Positions 23,447-37,247 of a stretch of 64,000 nt of DNA are shown piece by piece. The position numbers and the translations under genes were made by a program. The notes beneath the pieces were generated by a model. It saw nothing but the letters and a program-made list of their open reading frames with translations. It did not search any database and was not told the DNA's origin. This DNA comes from Neoechinorhynchus agilis (lineage: Eukaryota > Animalia > Acanthocephala). Location of the stretch: positions 3,938,389 through 4,002,388 of the forward strand of contig CM121343.1 of the NCBI GenBank assembly GCA_051530055.1, read 5' to 3'. Numbering within the stretch: position 1 is the stretch's first letter; each line of letters starts with the position of its first letter.

Positions 23447-25884
23447 AAGGAAATTTGATTTAGTAAATATCGATTCAGCCGTGTAATGATGAGGTCCTGG
23501 AGATGTTCACGAAACTCAGGGAAAATATATAACCGGCTAACTAGACTTAAAAGATAAAATAGTATTGATTCTAGCAGATAAAAATTTGACCATATATCGC
23601 CCCAAAAAGGAAATTTATTTAGTAAATATCGATTCAGCCGTGTAATGATGAGGCCTGGAGATGTTCACCAACAAAACTCAGGGAAAATATATAACCGGCT
23701 AACTAGACTTAAAAGATAAAATAGTATTGATTCTAGCAGATAAAAATTTGACCATATATCGCCCCAAAGGAATTACGTTTCCTCTCATGCATTCACTGGA
23801 CCCCAAAACAAGGAAATTTGATTTAGTAAATATCGATTCAGCCGTGTAATGATGAGGCCTGGAGATGTTCACAAACTCAGGGAAAATATATAACCGGCTA
23901 ACTAGACTTAAAAGATAAAATAGTATGATTCTAGCAGATAAAAATTTGACCATATATCGCCCCAAAGGAATTACGCCCCATGCATTACTGGGACTCCCGA
24001 AAAGCAAGGAAATTTGATTTAGTAAATATCGATTCAGCCGTGTATGATAGGCCTGGAGATGTTCACAAACTCAGGGAAAATATATAACCGGCTAACTAGA
24101 CTTAAAAGATAAAATAGTATTGATTCTAGCAGATAAAAATTTGACCATATATCGCCCCAAAGGAATTACGTTTCCTCTCATGCATTACTGGGACTCCTCC
24201 GAAAAGCCAAGGAAATTTGATTTAGTAAATATCGATTCAGCCGTGTAATGATGAGGTCCTGAGATGTTCACAAACTCAGGGAAAATATATAACCGGCTAA
24301 CTAGACTTAAAAGATAAAATAGTATTGATTCTAGCAGATAAAAATTTGACCATATATCGCCCCAAAGGAATTACGTTTCCTCTCATGCATTCACTGGGAC
24401 TCCTCCGAAAAGCCAAGGAAATTTGATTTAGTAAATATCGATTCAGCCGTGTAATGATGAGGCCTGGAGATGTTCACAAACTCAGGGAAAATATATAACC
24501 GGCTAACTAGACTAAAAGATAAAATAGTATTGATTCTAGCAGATAAAAATTTGACCATATATCGCCCCAAAGGAATTACGTTTCCTCTCATGCCCATTCA
24601 CTGGGACATCCTCCGAAAAGCCAAGGAAATTTGATTTAGTAAATATCGATTCAGCCGTGTAATGATGAGGCCTGGAGATGTTCACCAAACTCAGGGAAAA
24701 TATATAACCGGCTAACTAGACTTAAAAGATAAAATAGTATTGATTCTAGCAGATAAAAATTTGACCATATATCGCCCCAAAGGAATTACGTTTCCTCTCA
24801 TGCCCATTCACTGACGTCCTCCGAAAAGCCAAGGAAATTTGATTTAGTAAATATCGATTCAGCCGTGTAATGATGAGGTCCTGGAGATGTTCACCAAACT
24901 CAGGGAAAATATATAACCGGCTAACTAGACTTAAAAGATAAAATAGTATTGATTCTAGCAGATAAAAATTTGACCATATATCGCCCCAAAGGAATTACGT
25001 TTCCTCTCATGCCCATTCACTGGGACGTCCTCCGAAAAGCCAAGGAAATTTGATTTAGTAAATATCGATTCAGCCGTGTAATGATGAGGTCCTGGAGATG
25101 TTCACCAAACTCAGGGAAAATATATAACCGGCTAACTAGACTTAAAAGATAAAATAGTATTGATTCTAGCAGATAAAAATTTGACCATATATCGCCCCAA
25201 AGGAATTACGTTTCCTCTCATGCCCATTCACTGGGACGTCCTCCGAAAAGCCAAGGAAATTTGATTTAGTAAATATCGATTCAGCCGTGTAATGATGAGG
25301 TCCTGGAGATGTTCACCAAACTCAGGGAAAATATATAACCGGCTAACTAGACTTAAAAGATAAAATAGTATTGATTCTAGCAGATAAAAATTTGACCATA
25401 TATCGCCCCAAAGGAATTACGTTTCCTCTCATGCCCATTCACTGGGACGTCCTCCGAAAAGCCAAGGAAATTTGATTTAGTAAATATCGATTCAGCCGTG
25501 TAATGATGAGGTCCTGGAGATGTTCACCAAACTCAGGGAAAATATATAACCGGCTAACTAGACTTAAAAGATAAAATAGTATTGATTCTGCAGATAAAAA
25601 TTTGACCATATATCGCCCCAAAGGAATTACGTTTCCTCTCATGCCCATTCACTGGGACGTCCTCCGAAAAGCCAAGGAAATTTGATTTAGTAAATATCGA
25701 TTCAGCCGTGTAATGATGAGGTCCTGGAGATGTTCACGAAACTCAGGGAAAATATATAACCGGCTAACTAGACTTAAAAGATAAAATAGTATTGATTCTA
25801 GCAGATAAAAATTTGACCATATATCGCCCCAAAGGAATTACGTTTCCTCTCATGCTGATTCACGGGGACGTCCTCCGAAAAGCC
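23447..25884 (+). repeat. Tandem array, about 211-bp unit, about 12 copies
   Basis: aaggaaatttgatttag at about 24831, 25042, 25253, 25464, 25674; left-hand units carry small indels and one is about 160 bp. Confidence 0.97.
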
Positions 25885-26234
25885 CTTAACATAAAGATTT
25901 GACATGAGTGTATTTTGAATCGAACTAAAGAAACCCGCAGTTGATTAGTGAACTACAAAGTAGCGCATGAACACATTCGCCCAAAAATCGTCGTACAAAA
26001 TGAAGACACCAAGTAGCGGAAGGAAAACACCAGAAATGCGCGGCGATCTTAACGGGAAGAACAGAGCTCGGTTGTTCAATGTTACCTCGCGCCCTTTTTG
26101 AGCTTTCGAAATCAGAAAATCGGCTCATGGACGTATTGTGTGGATTAAATCACGTTCGGAAATTATGTTCATTTAAAAGTTGCCTGAAGGAAAGACACTT
26201 CAGAAGGACCAACCTTACAAGCGCAGCACAACAC

Positions 26235-26470
26235 TCGTAATCCTAATTCGTTTCACCCTCAATCGACCTCGCACTCCTTTTCCATGCTGCCCAATCTTCT
26301 CGGATATCATAACTTGAAATAAATCTGATGAGCACTCCTGCAAGCAATAAACTCTAATTCCCCCGACCGAATATTCTCAATCGAACGGACACATTCTCAC
26401 CCGTACGAACCTCCCTCGACTGGATAGTTCCTACCCGAATAGACATCTCTCCGAACGTGTTATTATTAGT
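26235..26470 (+). mobile_element. L2/CR1-like LINE 3' fragment
   Basis: aatcctaattcgtttcaccct...tttttccatgctgcc...ggatatcat matches the reverse complement of 43330-43470. Confidence 0.6.
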
Positions 26471-27249
26471 GTCTGCTGTGAGTGTTGACTTGAAGTGATT
26501 TCTTAGAAATTTCGATTGAGCATTTCACTTTATATCCAAAGTTACTGATGCCTTTGTTTTCATATCTTCGGTATCAAGCATCCACTCATTCGATAAAGTT
26601 AGACAGATTCGCTTAGATTAAAACAGTTTCATGATTTTTAATGGGTTAACTTTTCGCAATGATCACTAGAGATTATAATGATTCTGTAGAATCCACCTTT
26701 CAATTTAATTCTTGTATCCGTATGCTTATGAAAAGTATCGGTATCGGCAGATGAGTCAACAGCTTTAAAAGTTCAATTCGAGAATAACTTCAAGATCGAT
26801 ATTTTTCGTCATTTATTATTTTTTTATAACCAGGTATATAATTAAAAAGATTAATGTTTATTGGTTTTGATTAGAGTTCTCATAATATAAAAAAATCGAT
26901 ATAAAATTCATCGCTATCATTTCGATTAGTGTTGCAGCGGGGGGTGGCATAAGGCCGCCACTCACAAAGTTTCAAATTCCGTCCTCTAAAGATTGAAACC
27001 TTCTAGTACCTGATCATAGTGGTTCTAGTAATCAGATCAGCCACTATGTCTCAAAAAGTACGGCCGTTCCAATAACAACAAAGGAGACAACATGTGATCC
27101 CTTCCTCAAGCCATGATTACACACCAAAAAGAGGACAATGTAATTAAAGTTGAAAGTCACATCATTTTGGAATGGTACCTTAATGATTGTGTTTATAGGA
27201 AAACCGAAATGGACGACTTCGAATCCTTAATAATAACATATTTTTTATT

Positions 27250-27470
27250 GATACAAAGTAGAGAAACCATGTCCTTCTTTGGGTCCTCTTCGTGAGCACT
27301 CGAGTTCTGATTTGTCAAACGAATGCGGTTTGTTTATTTTGAAGGTCGGGTGGGAAAATCCGGTCGGGGGTGTCCGTTCGGGTGGGAATTGGTGGTTATT
27401 GTTTGCGGGAGATTTATTCGATTTTGGGTTTCAAGATGGAACATTACACTCTTCAATCCATCACAAATAA
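27250..27470 (-). mobile_element. L2/CR1-like LINE 3' fragment
   Basis: gggtcctc...gaatgcggtttgtttattttg...gtggttattgtttRcRggaga matches 43235-43370. Confidence 0.65.
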
Positions 27471-27699
27471 GCCTACCTTTATTTCTGACAACCTAAGAAG
27501 CCTATCTTCTCCTGAAGTTATTATTCGCGAAATATTTCATTATAATAAAAGAATCTTGAACCGGAGGATTATGTTCACCACTACCACCATTCAATATTCG
27601 AAGAAATGTTTCATCTCACATTTAAATTCTTCTTAAACCCAAAGAAAACTGGAAAAGCAATCCCAGTTGGTGTAGTCGAAATTGAGAAAATGATGACTT

Positions 27700-28590
27700 T
27701 GTGCTCACGTAAATGGATTTTGCAATGCATGGAAATTAGTTTTTCAAAAAATTCAAACACGAATTGCAATCTGGTTTACCCGCAATGTAATATATGCATT
27801 CAATCGAAGGGGTTTTGGAATCAAAACTGCCCATTGAAGACTCAAAGTGCTGTTTTCGTTCTGAAGCTCGTCCCCGCATTTCCAAACGCAATCTTATCCC
27901 CGCGCCTCTCTTTCTCCCCATCCAACGCTCCTCTTCTCTCCGAGTACTGTGCCTGACTTTCCAAGAATACCTTAAATGGGATGCCCGCATTTCATTTACC
28001 CTCTCAAAAGCAAACCCTCGTCTTTACCTTCTCAAACTCCTCCGGTGTTTCGGCGTATCCCCTAAACACCTTGCCCAATTTTTTTCTTTCTCCCATCCTT
28101 CCTATCCTTACATACGCTTTCCAAACTTTCATCGCCCTCCCCGTCAATGCTCTCCATTCCCTCGAAACCTTCCACAAGAGAGCAGCTAGAATATGCGGGA
28201 CTTCACTTCCTCCCCTCGACGCCCACCTCCACTCCATTTTCTCAAAAAACTCCCTCCGTCTTCTTCAATCCCCTCCACAATTTTCTTCCCTCATCTCTAA
28301 ATACTCTTCCCTCGTAAACACCCGTAACCCCAACCTTTTTCATCCCCCCTCGCTCGTACCACCCTCTACCAAAAATCTTTCCTCCCCCAAACCCAATCTT
28401 TTCTTAATAACCGGAGAACAAGGAAAGACTCCTAATCGGTCATCTCCTTTACCAAGCCTCCGTTCCCACATTCAAAAACCAGTTCCACCTCCCTTGCCTT
28501 CAACATCCGTCATCCATACACCGTTTAGCAATGATAAATGCTGACAAGTGTGGGGTTCCTGCATTTTTTACACAAATAAAACGTGTTTAT
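27700..28590 (+). pseudogene. Decayed L2/CR1-clade LINE: RT thumb region and 3' tail
   Basis: LRVLCLTFQEYLKWDARISFTLSKANPRLYLLKLLRCFGV, frameshift, ILPILTYAF...LETFHKRAARI, typical of the CR1/L2 RT C-terminus; ends aataaaacgtgtttat. Confidence 0.8.
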
Positions 28591-29529
28591 ATATCTACTT
28601 GAAAAAACAAAGCTATCAAATGCGTTATTTTTTTGGGCGGGGTCCACATAGGGTCTACCATAGAGGATTGCACTGCTTCAAATCATATGTAGACGCTTGG
28701 AAATCAGATTTCGCAATAAGAAGGAATTATAACAACCAAAAAGCAACAATTTCTTCACCGAGCCATCAAACAAATATGGATAATAGTACACATGTCTCCT
28801 ATCTTTGATGGAGTCCTGCACGAAGTGACAAATCGAATTCCTTGAAAATCAATTGGCACAACAGATTCAAAATCCTCTGATGCTTTCAATCCCATCTAAC
28901 ATCACCAATATGGCATCAAATATTTACCCAATCAGGACTCGACAAAGCTAGCAACATTCAATGAGCAACAACCCAATCAAGAGGTAAGCAGTTATTGGAA
29001 AAGGCTAAGAAAATTATCAACAAAACCTAATTTACGCTCTAAATAGCGAGGCAAACAGGTTCACCATCGGCGACTTGGGTGCAGTAGTAGACGGTCGCGA
29101 ATAATGATCAGTTGGCCTACGCCAGCGCCGAATAATCTGTACTGCTTATAATAGAAATCGGGCGGAGGCGCCGCTTTAAATAGGCTTAAGCTGCTGAAAG
29201 CGAAGAAAAGAGTTGTAAACTCCGTGTCAGACCTCAGACTTATCTCGATCCAGAATTTGTTAAGGTGATTACTAATGGACTGATGGAATTCTTCGTAAAG
29301 AAAGATATCATTAATTATAATTACTACTTTTTTTATAAGGTAGGTCTGTTTTATCGGCTTTCAAAGATATTTATAATGCCTTAGTTCACAATAATTTTAA
29401 ACATGTCTTATTTCTTTTAATTTTTCTGCAGCGTATGAAAACATTGATTTTTAATTTTTAATTGACTATATGTCCTTTTTTAACTTTCCCCAAGAAATTA
29501 TGGTCAGCGTAAAGGACATTTTAACAACA

Positions 29530-29720
29530 AAATCATTTTGTTTTGAGGACGATGATGGGCACAAAATATTTTACCCGAAAAAAGGTCTACCTCGAGGGTC
29601 TCCATTATCTCCTATTCTTTTTTAATTGCCATGTAGTTTACGGCTACGATGAACAAAAATTGTATAAAAACGGTTATTTATGGGGATGATATTAGTGCTA
29701 TTCCTTTACAAATAATGCTT
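29530..29720 (+). pseudogene. Short decayed RT fragment
   Basis: FYPKKGLPRGSPLSPILF, stop, then VIYGDDI (RT motifs B and C). Confidence 0.6.
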
Positions 29721-29944
29721 GGGAAATTACAGTTCTATTAAAAGAACTCTTAGATTTTATTACTAGGCAATCTTCGATGATGGCCCTTCATCTGAACCCC
29801 CAACAAAACGAAAGTTATGGCCGTGGATGATAGCAGCTATATAAATAAGAAACTCAAGTCAATAATACGAAATAAATTTCTGCCTATTTTAGACCAAGAT
29901 AACGTAGTCGATAACAGTTTTAACAAGGGAAATACATTTAACAA

Positions 29945-32140
29945 AGGTTGGCATTTTTAGGGTGCATGGGCCCATTGGTTCCCGGTGTCCTGGCTCGTAC
30001 CAACCTTTCCCATCTCGGCCGAGCATTTATGCATCCTTATCTTTATCGCGACCGGCTAAACCTAACGAGAGCTTGTCGCCAAACTGTCAAACCCCATCTT
30101 TGGAATCCCTTTCCCGGGTTTTACCAACAACAATTTTAAAGCACATTCCCAAGGGGGCAAGAACCCAGGTGGCACAATCACACACAAATCTATTGCAACG
30201 TTGTGCTGAGAACAATGAGGATATTGATTGGGTAAAGCTTTTTGCTTTCCCCCGCCTTGTTTTCAGCTCTAGCAACTCAATATCGGGGAATTTGACATCC
30301 AACATTAAAAATAGGCTAGTGGAGTTCGACGCGAATTTAAAGAGAATGACCGAATCCTCAGCGACTCCCAAAAATTCGTCCAGTAAAAGCCGTAAACACG
30401 GCACAGTCCGGCCACTGGGTCAACGCGTATCGGCGAAGCTCGCAGACGGGGATGTTCGCGGTGCGGTTCGGCTTCTAGCCTCAACTGAAGATTTTGCGCC
30501 AAATCATGGCACAACTTTTGAGGCTCTATTAAAGTTGCATCCGTCATCGGAGTCGAACTCCATCAATTTTACACCAACTGCTCAGGCTTCCCGAGCAAAT
30601 AGTTTAGAAATAAGGAAAGCTGTGTCCTCCTTCGCCAATGGCTCAGGACACGGGCCGGATGGCTTGCGTCCACAGCACCTCAAAGACATGATGTCTTTTT
30701 CTACAGGTGCTTCGGGAATAGCCCTCGGAACTGCTTTGCTTAAAATAGTTGATATTTTCATCGAGGGCTCCATTGGCAATTTGGCTACACATCTTTTCTT
30801 TGGCGCCTCTTTGTGTGCTTTGTCCAAGAAAGATGGTGGGATTCGTCCCATCGCCATTGGCTGCACTTTGCGTAGGTTAGCCGCGAAAGTTTTATGCAGG
30901 AGAATCTCCGATGAAACGGGAGAATTTTTGAGACCCTGTCAGTTAGGTTGCTGCACTCCTTGTGGAGTTGAAGCGGTCGTGCATGCTCTGCGAAAATTTA
31001 TCCCCCAAAGAACAAAGCCAACAGCAATTCTGAAAATAGATTTTAAAAATGCTTTCAATACCTTAAAAAGGGAAATAATGTTAAAAGCGATTGTGGATGT
31101 CGTCCCAGAGGCTTACCCCTATTTCTGGAGAGCATACGCTAAACATACGCCACTGCTGTACAACGACAAAATAATTTGGTCGCAGAGCGGTGTACAACAG
31201 GGAGATCCACTCGGCCCCATAGGCTTCTCCGTCGCAGTAAATGATCTTGCCCATTCAATGTTTTCTTCTTTCAACGCTTGGTACTTGGACGATGCCACAC
31301 TCGGTGACGATCCAAGTGTTGTTTTGAGCGACCTTCAAAGGATCGTGAATGAAGCTGACCGCTTGGGAATAGAAATAAATCCCCAAAAATGCGAACTTCT
31401 CATCCTGAACGCAACTGAAAACGAGCGCTCTCAAATCTCTAGCGATTTTGAATCAGTTGCTCCTGGTCTAGGTTTGATCACCCTTGACTAGCTCACACTC
31501 CTCGGGAGCTGCGTTCTTGCTAAGAATGTTGCGAAGGACCTGCACGCACAAATCCCGAAAATGGAGTTGTTCTGCGGCCGAACTTCTGAGCTTTCGGCAC
31601 ATGAGGGTCTCTTCTTGATCAAGAATTGCCTCTATATGCCGAAATTGCTTCATAAGCTAAGAGCACCTCCATGTTTCGGAGAAGACAAATTGTTAGGAGA
31701 GCTCGACGGGGTAATTCGTAAGCAGCTGGGACATATATTGAATGTCAAATTTTCTGACACAGGTTGGCGACAGGCTATGTTTCCCACGGCTTATGGTGGT
31801 TTGGGAGTTCGCACCACTTCAGACGTCGCTTTACCTGCCTTCCTCTCCTCTTGCCGGGCAAGTAAAGTCTATGTCGATGCCATTTTAGGCACATCAGTGA
31901 AGGATTTGATCTTTGCCACGGGATTATCTCAATGGCATCAATTGACAGGCATCAATCAGCTCCCCGCAAATGAGTGCAAACAGTCGTCTTGGGACATTCA
32001 TCTTGTTCAGAAGATTCACAACTCTTTCAAAGATCTTCTGGATGAGGTGTCTCAGGTCCGGCTGGTAGCCTGTTCCACGAAGGAGTCGGGAGCGTGGCTG
32101 AATGCTCTCCTTGTAGGTAAACTTGGAAATCTCCTTGCTG
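29945..32140 (+). mobile_element. CRE-type (RLE-clade) non-LTR retrotransposon, truncated at both ends, one in-frame stop
   Basis: HGP...CPGS (zinc-finger tail), SGHGPDGL, RPIAIGCTLRRL, KIDFKNAFN, GVQQGDPLGP, WYLDD, GGLGVR, SGAWLNA. ORFs 29962-31491 and 31561 onward are in the same frame, split by TAG 31489-31491. Similarity stops near 32140, before the CCHC and endonuclease domains. Confidence 0.88.
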
Positions 32141-33762
32141 ACTCTTTACTTTTACGAGTACAGGTTCAATCAAGTCTATATTTATCGGTTGCTACGCTAT
32201 TGATAATCTTTGCTAAGAGTTCATCGAATTGTGATACTTGAAATTCTTGCGCTGTCATTCCTTTTGACATGATTTTTGGGAACAACCGGCGTATCCAGTC
32301 TAAATGCCTTGCCATACTATAAAGTTCAATGCGCAATCTTCTACAGTAAAAGGACAAATCGTGATTAATTGCCTTGGATGAATCCTCGGTATTTTCAATG
32401 GCCTTGCCACTTTTTTAACTTTGCGATCATTCTGCAGATTTATAAAGCTTCGTTTTTCTCGAAAATGATTTTTTTGCTTCAATATTAAAGACACATTTAC
32501 GACATTTTGGGATAGCATTAACGACGTGCTTCTGATCAAAATATTCAGGCGTTTTCTCTTATTTATCATCGACGATATTGATCGATTTCTCGGAATGATG
32601 TTCTTAGCTCATGTTCAATGAGCGCGTTCTCTTCGGCGAGGCTTTCAACTCCTCAGAGCTCGTTGCAGCGGCTAATCGCGCATCTCACATTGTTTCACGA
32701 ACTCGTTGGCCAATTTTTGTATTAGATGTTTATACCGAATGTTTTTGTATTAAAGTTCATCTGGTGCAGCATCGGAACAATTCCTGAGAGCTGGATTTCA
32801 CCCGCTGGAAATTCTCTATACATAATTTCTCCCAATACTCGGCATACCCAATTCCCGCTGATTATTGTAAAACTTTCGTCAATGTGCGTTTCTCCTCTTA
32901 GTTTCCTTATGGCTTACCGGCTTTTGCTAATTTCAGCCGAGCCTTTAAAAATCTTTTCGTTACCGCGTTCAGCCTCTGAGTTAACCTTTCTTCGGAATAC
33001 ACTGATGTTTGAGGATGATTCGACTTTAACTTCATGACTCGTATACCGTGCCGGACGATGATGTTTCATTTTTCCTTTTGCGGTTGGTTACACTTTTGTC
33101 TTCGGTTAAAGCTCTCGTCATATCTGGAGCTGATTGAGCATTCACAAGTCGAGTTTTCTTCTCGTCTTCGATACTCGCTTCTTTAGCCTTGTTCATCGAT
33201 AGGACTTTGATGTGAGTGATGTGAGTTGCACTTAATCGAGATCGAAGTTAGGTGGATATGCAGATATTTGCAATCCACAAAAAAAATTAAACAATTTGTA
33301 GAAGGAAAAATCACAAAATTTACGGAAGCTCGATTAATTCTGCACAGAACCGAAAATGTTCTTAATATTAGGGTTGACCAATGATAAAAAAAAGATGAAC
33401 GAGAAAGCCTATTTGATCTATATTTTGACTTCATTTATGCCAAATATAAGCGCAAATTAGACATATTAAACTTCACAAAGTGTGTGAAATATAAAAATAT
33501 AGACGGAAAATTATCAGGGTGGCGAAAAACCTGACATTTGACCTGAAGAGGTTCACGTGCTTACTTTGGGAGATGGGAGACAAGGAACATATATTCCAAT
33601 TGATTTTTAAGCTCTTCACTAAGTCATCTGAAATGGAAAAAGGTTTAGGTTGCCCTGATTAGGGTAAATATATAAACTTCATTTTATAACCGCATCTTGT
33701 CGTTGCTTAGTAACGCGTGGAATGATTCGTCGCATATTAAGATTGGCGAACAAGAAAATCAG

Positions 33763-33954
33763 ATGGCTACCAATAAACAGTCGAATGATATTGAGAAGCG
33801 TAAACCAATCACTGAGGAGAAAACGGAATATTCTGAATATAGGGACATCTTGATAATAATTACGATTATGCTTATTGTCCTTTTAATAGCAGCTATCGTT
33901 CTCATGGGCCAGAAGCTAAAACGAGGTTGGAAAGAACTTTTTTTTGGAGGTTAA
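33763..33954 (+). CDS. Small single-pass membrane protein (63 aa), unknown
   Basis: MATNKQ...RDILIIITIMLIVLLIAAIVLMGQKLKRGW: hydrophobic helix followed by basic residues; no homolog recognised. Confidence 0.4.
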   Translation: MATNKQSNDIEKRKPITEEKTEYSEYRDILIIITIMLIVLLIAAIVLMGQKLKRGWKELFFGG

Positions 33955-36900
33955 TTTGATATAAGAGATTAAAAACATAAATTTTTCGTCTTGAGGTGCC
34001 GAAAGAGTGAGGGTGTTCACAGAAAGCGATTTGTCATCTTCCCGACCTTCTTATAGACAGGTTGTAGGTACAAAGGTAGTTAGACTTGGTTTCGCAGAAT
34101 AATCATTGAAGCGAAAATGATGCATCGGGCAATCGGAAAAGTTTAAATCCAAAACCAAGACGGTTTAATCAATTCAAGTTTTGTCACGATCAAGAAACAA
34201 AAAGGACAGTTAAAGTAGTATAACTTAAGCTAAAAAGAACACGGAATGGAAATACCAACCTCGAAAATATCCAGCTTTTGCCAATTTCTCGACAGAATGA
34301 CTTATTGGTCCGATAAGAGGTAATATCGTATAGCACAACGTTTCTCCACGCTTCTTCTTACCAAAAAAATCGACCGAAAGCACAGGCTCAGCGTAATGTG
34401 GATGTTAGTTTCATTAATTCCATTGCCATTTCTTAGTGTAGCAAAGAATCAGTAACATTGGATCCTTAAATAGTTCATTCATTAACGAGAACTCTACAAT
34501 TAAATAGGCAAGAAAATTGCATCCGGATGTTCTGTGGTAACGAATCGTTCCTTATTCGGAAATAATCAGTATGTTTTACATTTTTATGATTGACTAAACC
34601 CATCTTAGTTCCAGATTCATCCCATAAAAGTTCATAGATTAATAATACACAACAAAATGCTTAATTTATGTATCGCTTTTGAAAGGCCAGGAGTAGGTGG
34701 CAGTTCTAGATAAAGTATTTGATCGAATCATGGCGTCGTAGTATTTTGATTGTGATCGCTCGCTACCTTTACGGTTCTAGATTGGATCAAAGAAAGTGTC
34801 TCAGAGCTTTCGAACGTTTACAACGTGCAAGGAAAATTAAGGAACTTCACAGTTTTATAGGTTAACTAAGAACGGAAAGCAAAATGTCAGTGTCTTATCC
34901 ATTGCACGAGGAGCTAGTTCTGTGAACTTGTTCAAATCAGAATTTGAGATTTCTTTTGATTTTTCGGCTCATCATGAAATTGATTTCTATCTAGCAGGAA
35001 TTGGTGATGAAGATATAATTTCGATCTTATTAATTAAATGAATTTTTTGCGCAAAAAATAACATTGCGGCCAGCATTTTGGCCAGCGCCGATGAATGGGA
35101 GCGTTGATTAACAAATTATAAAACCTTTTAAGAACTTATTAAATTGGACGGTCTTTCAAAAATTAAACGAATTACATACATCTTAATTACCGAGGCTCTA
35201 GAAATTGTTTAGTGAAGATTAAATAATATCTCTCGAAAAATACCTTAAACACCGGTTCAATTCTAAGTACTGATTTCGTTAATTTTCAACCAAACTGCGT
35301 ATGCAGCATCAAACTAGCAATAGAAAACAAAACGTCTTTGAAGCTAAGACAGTTGCGTAGCAATTTAGGAAACGAGATATGTTAAAATTGTATTGTGTTT
35401 TTCATTTCACTTAAGTATTTGAATCATTTTAAATGATAAGATACCCAAAAATGATCAAGAAAAAAAGAACACTATTTGAATTCATTAACTTAAAGCGAAA
35501 TAAACATTCTGAATTTGTACTAGTGCAGCACAAAATAGGGGTAAAATATATTGAATATGGTTTTAGAATCACAAAAATTTTCAAACATTTGTTGGTCCTA
35601 AAGGAGACCGCCCTTCATTATTTCATGCGATAACCAAATTACCCTCAGAATAACCTAATATCCGACATGCATTTAGCAGTGCACGGGAAACATAATACGG
35701 AGATAGTCATTTGTGAAAAAGTGTTCCTTTGGGTTCTGATAGCCAGTTTAGGATAACGGGTAAGTGTCCCATTTGGCATTATCTGTACCATATTTTTGCA
35801 CCTCAACTGCGCAGTGTATTCTTGTCCAACAAGTCGGACGCCACTTTTAAAGTGCGAGAATTGAATTTCCATTTTCTATAATAGATGCCGTCTGTCCACT
35901 TTCTCGGTTAAAAGCGGAGGTAAAAATTGCAGGGGACATGGGGGATCCGTTTAATTACGAATCTTCACATAAAATCGTACTATTTAAATACAATTCTAAA
36001 AAAGTAATCGTGTGAGTGCATCGTAAATTCGGGTTTTTATGTGGAAGTGGGGAATTGAAATATTTCGTCCAATCACACAAGTTTTTTCAAGACGCATAAT
36101 GTGATTGGACGAAATATTTCAATTAAAGTCATTCTTTGATATATAATTTTTATCCACTTCCACATACTGATGGATTTTATCTTTAATTCGGGTGACAAAA
36201 ATTTTACATGGAAATAATTCCGTTTTAATGTATGGCCAAAAACGTTTTAACGTGTAAAAGTACATTTCATTGTGCTTAAATTTACAAGACGCTCTTGAAC
36301 ATAGTAAAATCCATAGGTGTCAATTGATCCCATTCTCCACATTGAACGCGCGTACGCTATTTTCGAAACGACGGCCGCCGCCGCCGCTTTTTCACCAATA
36401 CAAAAAACGCTTACACGCCGCACTTACCATGATGGATTTGGTGTAATTTAAGTTTGACATCGAATAATAGTGTTCGGTAGTTAACTAATGCTGTACTAGG
36501 GCCGGTCCTCCTCCTCCTTGGAAAGCGCTATAATTAATGAAGCGGAGCATGATCCACCTCATTTCACTCTGTTGTTAGTGTGCAGTAAACTTAAACCGTC
36601 AGCAGTTGCTGCGTGCAATAGAAATTTCGGCCTCACAATCCACCTCAACCGAATGTTGCTCTTGACTTAAGAATGCTCATTACCTGTTGTTGTATAAAGA
36701 TTCATCCCAGGTCCATCATTTTTTTTGGATCGGACTAAATATGAATCTAGATATTTTCTCCAGAAATCTGAACAAAGTTATGCTCAAAAGAGATCTAGTA
36801 CTTCTTCAACTGTCTGATAGGAATGATAGCGACCGTGCTATAGACATACTTGAGATATGTCTAAGAAGCATCCAGTCTGACCGCCACCGCTAAAACCGAC

Positions 36901-37247
36901 CGTGGGTTTTGAGAGTTGTTGTTTTTGGAACCTTTTTTGTGTGTGTGTGTGTAGTACTGGCAGAGCCGTGTGCGCGCGCATGTGACCAGTCCACAATCTC
37001 GCTTTGGGGTTCCGTCGTACGGTTTCAGTCTATCCAAACTTGCGCAATCCTTACTTTTCGCCAGTCTTCTGTCATCGGAAAATCACCATCTCGCTTCTTC
37101 TTCTCCTCTAAATTGATATCAGGTTTCGGGTGGTACAAGTCGCGGCTTGGCCCTTCTACAAGACAACCACCGCCACTCCCGACATTTGTAGAGAACAAAC
37201 GACAAATCGAAACCTTTGTCGGTTTAGAAATAGTACTTTCATGCAAT

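Noticed and set aside
23699-25648. Repeated minus-strand ORFs in the array (and ORFs at 51709-52512 and 2159-2389)
   Set aside because: Frames shift between units through indels and there is no recognisable domain; they are by-products of the repeat.
23447-25884. Hammerhead or C/D snoRNA in the 211-bp unit (atgatgag...cctggag; ccgaaa)
   Set aside because: The core reads AUGAUGA, not CUGAUGA; no consistent stems I-III could be built; there is no recurring CUGA D-box.
26325-26360. Hammerhead at ctgatgagcac
   Set aside because: There is no GAAA after a stem II and no cleavage strand; it lies in a LINE 3' fragment whose other copies lack the motif.
31489-31491. Stop-codon reassignment or programmed readthrough in the RT
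   Set aside because: Host genes here end in TAG (MIOS, ENSA) and the element is truncated; a nonsense mutation or sequencing error is simpler.
32150-33434. Minus-strand gene next to the CRE breakpoint
   Set aside because: Protein-like stretches exist but every frame has stops and I could not build a consistent splice model or recognise a family.
34162-34185. Nematode SL1-like leader (ggtttaatcaattcaagttttg)
   Set aside because: Only a partial match; no GT donor after it and no Sm-site or stem-loops downstream.
36909-37247. N-terminal extension of OSTM1 given by the ORF track
   Set aside because: It begins at a non-ATG codon and is low-complexity; the signal-peptide ATG at 37248 is the better start.
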